Shown here piece after piece: positions 1 through 10,418 of a stretch of DNA of 64,000 nt (its first letter is position 1; every line of letters starts with the position of its first letter). Below the pieces are notes generated by a model. The model was given only the letters and a program-made list of their open reading frames with translations, did no database searches and had not been told where the DNA came from. A program made the position numbers and the translations under genes. The DNA comes from Amphiscolops sp. MND2022 (taxonomy: Eukaryota). The stretch covers positions 8,744,001 to 8,808,000 of the forward strand of contig OZ076409.1 in NCBI GenBank assembly GCA_964187785.1, in the 5' to 3' direction.

Positions 1-1611
1 TCGCCCGTTACTTTTCGTTTTTTAAAAAGGAAACTTTTTTGTTCTTTTTCTAACACTTATTTCCATTCGTTTGTTCACCATTGATGGCCAGTAACTTACA
101 AGTAAAAACATGAGTTTTTCAATCCAGCAAAAGTGGCACGATACCAACTCCCTCTTGGGCAAAAAAATAAGTCCACCTTAATTTAAAAGTATTCGTTTAT
201 TCACAACTTTGTCACCTCTTTATTGTAACAATTTAAGTGGCCATGTTTTAACCTCCGATGTTCTGCGCTTCGAGACCAAACAAGCAGTTCAGTCAAAACG
301 TTGAGAATTTGTAGGTGCTTCTCTTCATTCATGACAAATTCTTTTAGTAATGCTCGTCAGTTGAGCAAACTTGGTCTGTAGTAGAGTTTCCCTAGAGTTT
401 CCCAAACGGTATTCGAGATTTTGAGTTTGTGATGTTGAATATTTGGTGCTTTTGATTCATCTCGGCTGGCGGCCCAAATGACTACCCAAAAATATGAAAA
501 CTGAGAAACATAGAGCATGAAAAGAAGACAGAAGATACTACAGAATTAGCAACTCAGAATCCCAATTTTTCTTTTGTAAGATGTTAAACTATAGTATAAC
601 TTTTATAAAGTTCTTTATCTTCATCTTGAAACGGAGACCGGAAATGATTCGAATATTCTTGTCATCCACAGACAATCTTAGTCTGTGCATATAAGCAACC
701 GGAAGTTGGCTCGGAGATCTCGGCTCTGGTATAGGTTTCATGGTTCACAGCCCAATTTTTTGTCTTTCAAAACTGAGCTCAGCTAACGTCAGCTTCTTAT
801 CAACCGTTCATGGCAAAATGATCCGGATATATTGAGAAAGTCACTTTGAAACCACAGCGGTTGAAGATGACAATTGATGGACCATTCTGCTGTGAATATG
901 GTATCATGACTTGCCGCTGCGAGATCGTATCGGAAAGGGTACCGACTTGAAAAATCAAACCTGTTTATTCGAGGCCTTAGTTGAGAGTGCTGGAACTTTT
1001 TACATGCTGCAGGCTTATATAAATTGTAATTTTCATAAAAAAGAAAATTCAATAAGCTTGCGGTGGTAAGTAAATCTTGCCGAATTACGCAGCATTTTCC
1101 ACTATTGAAATTGGAAAACCACGTTCTTTTTTTCAGTTTTTGATTTCTAAACTATTAATCGTGTAATCACTGGTTCTCAAAGAACACGCTGAAGATTGAA
1201 CACATTTGCTGTTTACATTGTGAATGAAGACCATTCGCATTAAAATGGCCGTAAATCAACATCTTAGTTGCATTTGAAAATGGAACTGCTTCTTATTGAA
1301 ATCTGTAAAATTTCAAACTTTGAGTTGCCACCAAATTAAGAATGTGCCTCTCAAGCAGCTTGATAGAATTCGAATACAACAAAATTTCACATGAAAACTT
1401 TCGCCAGTGTTTTAGAAAATTGTAATAAAAATTGATGGCAGCTTTGAAGAACATGCGAAAAAGTCAAGCAATTTCAACATGAGCGTCTGCCCAACGAAAT
1501 TAAGGAAACAAATTTTCTTCAGTTGTAACGTATTCGCGACGTGAAGCAATATCGTATTCATCGTATCGTACAGTGGTGTATCAGAAAAATGCGATTTAAG
1601 TGCGTGAAATG

Positions 1612-2075
1612 CAGGGTTGTCATGTTTTAAAACATGTTTTAAAACACGAGCATAAAAAACTGTTTTGAAACATGAGTATAAAACATGTTTTAAAACATTC
1701 AGACCCCTATTAGTATTGGTTGACTCGTATTCCAGCTAAAGATATCGAAGTTAATTGCACGCGATCAGCCGTTCGTGGAAAACTTGTTCAAGGAAGCATA
1801 CAAAGAGCTTAAACCCGACACTTGGTGGAAATCCGGTGTCAAGATGGGATTCAATCCTGCCTTTGCGGAAGCAGCTGGAGCACTGGTTGCATCTGTGGCC
1901 TCCTCAGCTGGCTTGGAGAGATTGAATTCGAAGAATATTTTGCTGTAATTCTGTTTTCAATGAGCCATTGACCAAGTGGAGGAAAAAACATAAAAAACCA
2001 AAAAAACGTGTTTTTTTCGATAAAATACATGTTTGTTTGTTTTTTACGTAAAAAACGTTTTTTATGACAACCCTG
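1612..2075 (+). mobile_element. Non-autonomous hAT DNA transposon
   Basis: TIR CAGGGTTGTCAT...ATGACAACCCTG. Perfect 8-bp TSD GTGAAATG at 1604-1611 and 2076-2083. Internal remnant reads ...VASSAGLERL, like the hAT C-terminal dimerisation motif. Confidence 0.85.
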
Positions 2076-3301
2076 GTGAAATGTCTCTTTCCGATCTAAA
2101 AGTTTTCAAAAACGATAGATTTTGCGAAGATAAATCTTTTCAGAAGTTTATAATCTGAAATTCATTTACTTCCAGAATTTCCGGATATAAAAACTACAGA
2201 TTTTTTGTGTTTATCCAGAAACAACAAGCTGGGAACGCCTCCACTCGATGTCCAAAAGAGTTATTTTTTTGAAATATTCAAAATACACTATTGGTGAAAT
2301 TTCATCATTTTTACAGTTCCCAAAAATATGCGAAAGTTAAAGCATAAGACTCGAAAAACCACTTTTCTCCAACTGGAACCAAGAAAAAACTTTTTTGAAA
2401 TGTACTTTTCCAAAAAAAATTGTTCAAATGTGTCAGTGCCGAAATGGTAAAGCGGAAACATTTATGAGTTGGTACATTTTGACCAAACAAAATTTTTTCG
2501 AAGAAAAGTCAAAAGAAAAAAATGAAAACATTCATCAGTTCTACAGGACCAAAACACAATCAACGAGGTCAGAGTCAGGACTCAGAAAAGTTTTTTGCTA
2601 CAGAAAACCTCCAAAAAACAAAAATGGAAAAAATCCCAGAAAGTTTTTCTCAAAATTTTTCAATGAAGCTTCGATAAGTCGCATTGTTTCAAAAAAATCT
2701 AATGTAGCCCTATGTTCTCCCAAAACGTTTGTTCCTGCTGAAAATTGAAAAGAGGATTTTCGGACAAAAAAACTGCTGAAAGAAAGTTGCGTGACGCAAA
2801 AATCACAAAAGGGGACAAGTTGGTCCCCCTCTGACTGCAAACCTGAAAAATATTGGTTTGGTCGGAGACTCGAACACTAGTACTCCTGCTTCTCAGACAC
2901 CGTCATCAGGCCTGAAAATCTGAGACCCCCCTTGGTCAAGTGCCAGTTAGATGGTACTCATTTAACTTATAGAAATCATTATGCAAATGTTTCAGTTCGC
3001 ACATCTAGAGAGGAAACAAATATTTGACATAGCGCAACATTTTCGATGAACCTCCGCCTCCTTTGTAGTAGAACGCACTTTACCTCGGATATAACGTCAA
3101 AATTTCAAATAAAGCGTGCTGGGCCACAAGTGCTTGTTATGAACCTCCACATCCTCCTCCTCCTCCTCCTCCTCCTCCTCCTCTGTGAAACGTAGTTTAA
3201 TCGCATATAACGTCAAACTTCGGAAATAGTGCAATGCTTTGGAACCTCCTCCTTCTCATCAGTAAACCGCACTTCACTCGGATATAACGTTGCAATATCA
3301 G

Positions 3302-4245
3302 TAGGGCAACCAAAAAGGGCAGAAGGGCAGAACCGGCAGAATTTGAACATATGGGCAGTATTAATTTCAAAGGGCAGAATTCTATTTAATTACGTTTATT
3401 TGACAAACTTCACTTTGTGTTTTGTTTACATAGAAAACAAAAGTTGCACTGCTTACATTCGTATATTTTGTTCACATGTGCACAAAGCAAACAATACTTG
3501 CTTTTTTCAGGTTGTTGCCTTATTAACTGTCTTATTCAAGCATGGGGAAAATAGCATTGACAAGCGCGGAAAAAGCGGAAAGTTATGTGCGCTGTTACCC
3601 TCAAGAACTCAAGAGGTGACAGTCAATTTGAATTGCAAAATGTGCCGAAAAGATATCAGTTGCTTTGTTATCGGGCACAAAATGCGTTCAGATTGGAAGG
3701 ATTGTTCAACGATTTGGTTGAAATTCTGCGGTATTCAGCCGTATTGGTTCATTTGAAAGAAGTTCAATGTAATCGAGTAGGGCTGCGAAAAGGCGAACAG
3801 TTGGTGCGCGAGTTTTTGAAATCGTTGAATGAAGACGCTGATCTTCTCGTTTATTCGAAGAACAGACTCAAAAAAATGGAAGATTTGAAGAGCATTTTGC
3901 GAAGCGAGTCCAATCACAACCATGCTCCACTTGCTAAGCTACAAAATGCATTCGCATCCAATTCGGAAGTCGAAAGATCTTTCAGTAAACTTGGTAAACT
4001 TCTGTCCAACGACAGAAATTGCAAACCAGAGAATATTGAGGTTTACATTCGTGCTTCATGTAACCATTGAAACAATTTTTTCAATGATATAAAATTGTTT
4101 TAAAGGGGCAGAATATGGGCAGAATTGGGTTTAAAAGGGCAGAAATAAAAGGGCAGAAATAAAAGGGCAGAAATAAAAGGGCAGAAATAAAAGGGCAGAA
4201 ATAAAAGGGCAGAAATAAAAGGGCAGAAATAAAAGGGCAGAAATT
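3302..4245 (+). mobile_element. Internally deleted hAT element with transposase remnants; right TIR not found
   Basis: Starts TAGGGCAACC, the same terminus as the 60074-60520 element. BED-finger-like remnant (CKMC...H). ORF 3585-4070 ends SNSEVERSFSKLGKLL (hAT dimerisation motif). AAGGGCAGAA subterminal repeats at both ends. Confidence 0.75.
4134..4243 (+). repeat. 13-bp tandem repeat (AAAAGGGCAGAAAT-type), hAT subterminal array
   Basis: About 8 consecutive copies are directly visible. Confidence 0.9.
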
Positions 4246-4719
4246 TCATTTGGAAAGGGAATAGTTTGGATGGCCTGAAAATCAGATATAGCGTGTTGGG
4301 ACAAATGGGAGCGTTTTTTTTCAAGCTTCGCTTCCTCAATAGTAAAACGCAACATTTTTCGGATATACCGTCAAAAATTCGAATATAGCATAAAACTTTC
4401 CAACCTCATCTCCTCCTTAACAAAATGGAAAAACAAAAGCACGAAATATTGCTAGTTGAAGAAAAGATTCGATCCCGCGACCTCTGGGTGCGGTCTCCTT
4501 CGATTAACGTCTACATCAAGCGCGCATACAGGGTGAGCTGCGGTCTGACAAAAAAGGGAAAATACTAGGCATTGTAAAATTCGGACATTTTTTGTCAAAC
4601 CACCTGATTCAGGATTGAAATGTTCTGGTTAATAATTTTGAGAACAACTCTCCAAATACCGAGATTTTTATCTTGAAATACTTGTTTTTCGATTCTGTTC
4701 GAGAAAACCTAATTAGCCA

Positions 4720-5400
4720 ATGGGAACACTTACATGCAAATTGACTTGGACAAAAATTGTGATTGGTCCAATTTCAACAAACTGTCTTTCCACGAAAATT
4801 CTAGAACTGTCTTTCGGCAGCAACTACCGAATTGCTTCAACAATTCAACACAAAGCCATTTCTCAGAAAACGCGCTTCAGATGTTTGAGCCAGTTCTTAG
4901 ACTCGAAATTAACATTGAGAGATCAGATTATTCACCTTGTGAGAAAACTCAAAAAAGTTTGGGGCCCTATCTTTAGAGTCAAAGATATATATTCGGTTAA
5001 TTGTTTATTGTCGTTATACGACGCTATGACAGCTACCTATCTAATTCGCTATAAGTTTATTGCGAAGCGGCGAGAAGAAACCTTTGAAAAATTGAAATGG
5101 CACAGAGGCGAGTTATCACAACTATTTCCTTCAGTAAAAATTTTGATTGCGCAATATTTTGTGCGAAATTGAACTCAATAGAGTTTTTTTGAGTTGCTCA
5201 TTAAAGATGTTTTCCCTGAAGTCAGCTGAACAGTTGAGATCTGATAGAACCTCCAAAAATCGCGGGGATCAAAAAGGTTCTTGCTAAAACGTACAGTCGA
5301 CCAAAACGTAAATCGAAATTGGTTGAATATACACTAGTCAAAGGTTAAAATTGGTTGCTCCAAATGAAAATGATACCTTTTGATAGCGAACCCTTTTCTC
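4720..5400 (+). pseudogene. Degenerate non-LTR retrotransposon (LINE) RT C-terminal fragment
   Basis: ORF 4720-5172 contains LDSKLTLRDQIIHLVRKLKKVWGPIFRVKDIY...LLSLY, resembling the post-RT/thumb region of LINE ORF2. Frameshifted; boundaries approximate. Confidence 0.55.
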
Positions 5401-6066
5401 AGGGAAAAATCAAAACTTACCTGCAAAATCTAAAAGTACTTTTTTAGGTTGTTTTACTATTGAAAAGGTAAGACGCTATCCATGGAAAGCTGCCGGGTGA
5501 CAAAACGACGAGAAACGAAAAATCTAATGTTTGTTAATTAGAGGTTGTGAATGACTGATGAATTAATATGAATTGGTTTGAACTTTGGTTCTTCGATGTC
5601 CAAGGCATATCTGATCATTATCTTTTTCTGTCCTGCTTGAACGATTTTAATTTTTTATGATGTTTATTTATATATAAGTTCAAGGAAATATATTTTCTAT
5701 GTTCTTTGGTTACGAAAAAGATTTTACCTGAATTCAGAAGAAAACTTTCAAGTGTTTTCAAATGTCCAATTTTATAAGGAAATGCGCTCGTATTTTAAGG
5801 TGATCCTTTTTGTCATTTTTAGTCGGCGAGTTTTGTTACAAAAAGTGCTCGACTCTTACAGAGGCAAGGTTGAAGGTTTTTCCAGACCACAGCTCTTCAT
5901 GGAATGTTCCTCTTTTCACAGATTTTACGTCTAAAATTCAAAGGGTACCTAAGGCATCTAAAAAGTACTCCGTTTGAGTTTTTCATGGTATTTACCATAT
6001 TGTCTAAACTTTTTGAGAGAAACAATATCACCAGTTTGATTTTCTGATAGATCATTCCCTTCAATT

Positions 6067-6582
6067 TTTAGTCGGCGCTTCATGAAGTGGAACGCGACTA
6101 TTATAGTGACTCTTTTTTTTCTATCCACACGAACTGATCAAAATAGTTCTTAAAAGTTCTACAAAATATTATGGTGTCAAATTGCACCATTTGGCCTAGC
6201 GAACTGGTCCAAAATGGTTTTACCTGTTTTTCCGCGTAACATACCATACCGCGCGAGACCAGAGAGTCCCCACTTTCAATTTATTCCGGCATTGCGAGAC
6301 ATTTTTTTTCGGAATTTTTTCCCCAAAGTCTCCCCCTGCATTTTTTGATGTTTTGCGACAGAGTGGATGTTGGAAAATCCCAAAGGGTCCCCCTTTCAGT
6401 TTTTTTCAGCACTGTGAGATTTTTTTCCAAAAATAAAAATTTCCCCCATTCAATTTTTCGATGTTTTGCGACAAAACCCCTTCAACTGCGACAAAAATGT
6501 TGACAATTTCGGAAGTGTCCCCCTTTCAGCGCGCCAGGGGCTCGCGCTAGCGCGCCCCGGCGCGCCACTCGGTCCATTTTTT
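6067..6582 (+). mobile_element. HINE/DINE-1-like repeat, 5' part (interrupted by the LINE plus YR-element insertion)
   Basis: Begins TTTAGTCGGCG...GCGACTATTATAGTGAC like the intact copy at 21374-21946. Breaks off in a T-run at the (TAC)n tract. Confidence 0.75.
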
Positions 6583-6737
<155 letters not shown>

Positions 6738-6929
6738 AGCTCTGGCCCTTTTAAATTCTGGCCTTTTTATAAAATGGCGCGTTTGTACATTTTCTAGAGA
6801 ATGGCGCTTGTCAATTGTCACTACTACTACTGGCGATATCCAAATACTTGGCGATTATTAATACTACTACTACTGGCGATATTTGAATTTTGGCTATTAT
6901 CAATCAGCTAGCATCAAAGCTAGCGTTTG

Positions 6930-7475
6930 GAAACGTCTAAGGAATAACGTCTAAAGGTGTTCCGGGAATAACGTCCAGAGTAATAACGTCTGAAGTTCGA
7001 TGTTTCAAGATAATCAATAAGCATGACATTGCTTTAGGTGTTATTCCCGTTTAGCTTTTAGACGTAATTGCGTAGACGTTCCAGTTTTTCCATCAAAATC
7101 ATGAGGATTCAAATGAAAACGTCCAAGGAATAACGTCTAAATTTGTTCCGTAAATAACGTCTCAAAAGATAACGTCTAAAATTCCATGTTTTAGAGATAT
7201 TGAATAAGCATGAAATAGCTTTAGACATTTTCCCGTTTTGCATTAAGACGTTTTTCCTTGGACGTTCCAGCTTCTCCATCAAAATCATGAGGATTCAAAT
7301 GAAAACGTCCAAGGAATACCGTCTAAAGTTGTTCCGTAAATAACATCTCAAGTGATAACGTCTAAATTTCCATGTTTTAGAGATTTTGAATAAGCATGAA
7401 ATAGCTTTAGACATTTTCCCGTTTTGCATTTAGACGTTATTCCTTGGACGTTCCAGCTTCTCCATCAAAAGCATG
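6930..7475. repeat. ~185-bp tandem repeat, 3 copies, rich in AACGTC/GACGTT motifs (3' non-coding part of the YR element)
   Basis: AAACGTC(T/C)AAGGAATA recurs at ~6931, ~7117 and ~7302. Confidence 0.8.
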
Positions 7476-7824
7476 AAAAGGTATCTGAGTAGATTTTTTC
7501 TGATTGAAAGTGAAGATATAGGAATCATATGAATGGGGGATTAAATGAAATCACTGAATTCTTTTTATTGAATGAAAGTGGAGAAATGGTAATCACATGA
7601 AATGGGAACTAAAATGAAATGGGAGTCACGTGGAAACAATGAATTCTTTTCATTGAATGAAAGTGAAAACTTGGTATGACATCAAATGGGAACTGAGAAT
7701 CATATGAGATAGGAATCAATATGGGAATGGAATCGGAATCAATGAAAACACAATGAATGGTTATCAAACAAAACGAAAATCAAATGTATTCTCATCACAT
7801 GAGTCCAGATAAAACTATTGGGCA

Positions 7825-8188
7825 TCATGGACGTAAATATGAACAATACGCAAACTTGACTTTATTGTAAATTCTAGTTATCATCTGTGGATCACACTCA
7901 ATTCCAGAATTTTTCAAGGTTCCAATGATCTCTTCTCGTGACATACCTTTTTGTACATGATAAAATAATTCTAGGGCCCGCTTCTCCTTCTCACATGGGT
8001 CCCGCTTTCTGTGACTCTTCAGAGATTTAATAAACTGTTCCCGTCGTGTGGGATAATTTGATGACTTCGAATAACTCTTCGGGTTCTCACCTCCGTCATC
8101 TCCGTCAAGTTCCTCATCGTCATCACTGGAGCTCCCTGGATGGAACTCAGAGCCACTGGAGTCAGACTGATTTGTTCGAGGTCGTTTA
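7825..8188 (-). CDS. C-terminal segment of the SET-YR protein (acidic tract, then a basic/helical region)
   Basis: Stop-free 121 codons (KRPRTNQSDSSGSEF...DDDEELDGDD...KVKFAYCSYLRP*). Joins in frame to ...PLRKKRA when the 8189-8519 MITE plus one TA is removed. Not in the supplied ORF track. Confidence 0.7.
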
Positions 8189-8519
8189 CTGTATTGTAAT
8201 TAATTTATAACGCACAGAGAAAAAACTCAAAACTGACGTGAAAAGTCAGAAGAAACAGTTTCTTATTTTAACGTTAAAAATTCGTAGACATGATTTCAAT
8301 TTCCAACAAATTTGGCAAACTTAAACAAGAACGTACTCTGATTCGGCTGAAATTGCATTTGCCATGGTCTTAGTTTTCAACAAACTCAGTCAACCTTATA
8401 TTCAAACGGTCGTTTGTATTCATCTAGATTAGCGAAAATAGGATCAAAAATTGTCTCATTTTCCAAAAATGTTGGAAAAATTTTTAACGTGAAGTGTATG
8501 GAATAAATTAATTACACAG
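8189..8519. mobile_element. Tc1/mariner-type MITE (TA TSD) inserted in the SET-YR ORF
   Basis: Imperfect TIR CTGT(ATT)GTAATTAATTTAT / ATAAATTAATTACACAG. Flanked by TA at 8187-8188 and 8520-8521. Confidence 0.75.
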
Positions 8520-10084
8520 TAGCTCTCTTTTTACGCAGTGGGAAAATTTCATTGGATTCACAGGAGTGGGTAGAAGACTTCAGTTCCCGTGGGGTTGAAC
8601 ATAATATTCTTCCTGCATGGCGGTGTTTCCGTTGGGGGTTTCCTGCATCTGAAGACGCAAGAGTTTTATCTTTCGATCCAGGTGTTCCAAGCTGTAATAC
8701 ATGTTTTCCATGCTTGGATCCCGCACTTCCAGACTTCGATGCTGGAGTTCCAACTGGTAATCCAGGACTTGCATGCTTGGATCCCGCACTTCCAGACTTC
8801 GATGCTGGAGTTCCAACTGGTAATCCAGGACTTGCATGCTTGGATCCCGCACTTCCAGACTTCGATGCTGGAGTTCCAACTGGTAATCTCCAGGACTTGC
8901 ATGCTTGGATCCCGCACTTCCAGACTTCGATGCTGGAGTTCCAACTGGTAATCCAGGACTTGCATGCTTGGATACCGCACTTCCAGACTTCGATGCTGGA
9001 GTTCCAACTTTTAATCCATGACTTCCAGTTTGTGTTTCAGATGTTTCACCAGAGGAGGCAAGATGCTTCCCAGCAGGGGGTGTTCTTGGAGTAGTTGAAA
9101 TGTTTTGAAGCGGGGTGATTTTGAAGCCCTCGTCATTTTCAACATTTTGCAGTTTTGATAATTCGCTTAAATAAGTATTAAGCACTTCTCGTCTGTCTTT
9201 CGGAACGACGTAATTGGCCAGAGCAGTGGCCGCTGTGTGGCCGGTCTGCTGTAAGTGTGAAGTAAATAGGGAATCTTGGTAATTCTTCCTGTTATTATGG
9301 AAATGTGTGTCCCACATTTTACGAATTGCTGTGGCGTGGAAGTCTTTATTAGAAAGATTGGGATCGAATAATTCTGTGAGGACACTTTTTATGTTATTTG
9401 CCATCGAATGTTCGTACTTGTTGTTGGTTGCAGGAAAGACAAGATCTGGTTCTGTCGAAAACTCTTTCACAAAACGACGTTTTAGTCTCTTTAGCCATTT
9501 ATGTTGGTCGTTTTCAATTACTATACTGACATCATAAAACCTCCCAGTTTTATGGCGGTCTGTTTCCATCACCCCGTTTTGTTTTATAGACTCGACATCT
9601 TTCCAGGTGAGTTGTAGGAGTGGTCCTGCCCGACAGTTTAACCTAAAGGACAGCATAAGGAAGTTAAGAGCTGAAAGTTCTTTATAATGTAGAACCTTCT
9701 CCTCGAGATCCTTGTTAAGGAAATCTTGGACCATATTATTTAGTCTCTGGACTTCGTCTAGACTAGGGACCTTTGCATAAAGTTCCTTTGATTTACGTCT
9801 TTTTTCTTTCTGGGATCCAATTAGGTATCTGCAGCGGCACTCGTCGAGTATTTTCTCCCAGGGATGTTTCTTGAATCCGGGGTATCGGTCTCCGGTATGT
9901 AATTCTAGGAATCGGAAGAATTTACGTAGTTTAAATAAATAATTGGATATCGTAATTCGTTTCAAATTGTGGTCTTGCATGAATTTACGAATACTGTTTG
10001 CCAATGCGGTGGTCTCGTTGAATTCTTTAGTTTCGTAGACAACGTATCCTAAAAATTGGCGAAGTGTGGAAGACATCGTGGACA
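8520..10084 (-). CDS. Tyrosine recombinase domain plus low-complexity tail (middle segment of the SET-YR protein; 2-nt frameshift at ~8888)
   Basis: ORF 8580-10085 has YR catalytic motifs in order: LNCRAG (R), HKTG (K), LVFP, FHATAIRK (H..R), TGHT (H), ANY (Y). Preceded by a helical core-binding-like region (TISNYLFKLRKFFRFL). Confidence 0.85.
8709..9010 (-). repeat. 60-bp coding tandem repeat, ~5 copies (GTPASKSGSAGSKHASPGLPV-type)
   Basis: Near-identical units. One copy has an extra 2 nt (TGGTAATCTCCAGG vs TGGTAATCCAGG) that shifts the frame. Confidence 0.9.
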
Positions 10085-10395
10085 CGGCATTACAGTGGGG
10101 TAACCGGCAACGAAAATGCAGATTTTACTCGTTGTGCGGCTCGGAAAATGATGGACATGAATGAATGTATGGGCCAAAAATGCCCATTCGTTTCGCAGCC
10201 AAAACTGTTGCCTATTGATTTCCGAGGAAGCACAAGCTACGTATTGAGTTTCTTTGCAGGAGCGATGGCTTTAATTGCCCATGCATACTCGTTGATGAGA
10301 GTAAATTGGGCAAGTAATTCCATCGCTTGCTCAAAGAATTTCAAGATTTAGATAGATCTGCCACTCGCTTCGGCCAATTCAATACACTGCTTCCG
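10085..10395. mobile_element. 311-bp insertion with short imperfect TIRs and a 5-bp TSD, splitting the SET-YR ORF
   Basis: Starts CGGCATTACAGTG, ends CACTGCTTCCG. GGACA duplicated at 10080-10084 and 10396-10400. Removal yields ...MDDGDVVSTMSSTLR. Confidence 0.7.
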
Positions 10396-10418
10396 GGACA
10401 CAACATCGCCATCATCCA

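Noticed and set aside
350..1120. Possible minus-strand membrane-protein gene (ORF 789-1052, FDFSSRYPF, downstream hydrophobic stretch)
   Set aside because: Stops and frameshifts, no consistent splice model, and no motif I can assign with confidence. May be a decayed pseudogene; TBLASTN/HHpred would decide.
3150..3183. (CCT)n tract as a second YR target
   Set aside because: Short ordinary microsatellite with no associated element ends.
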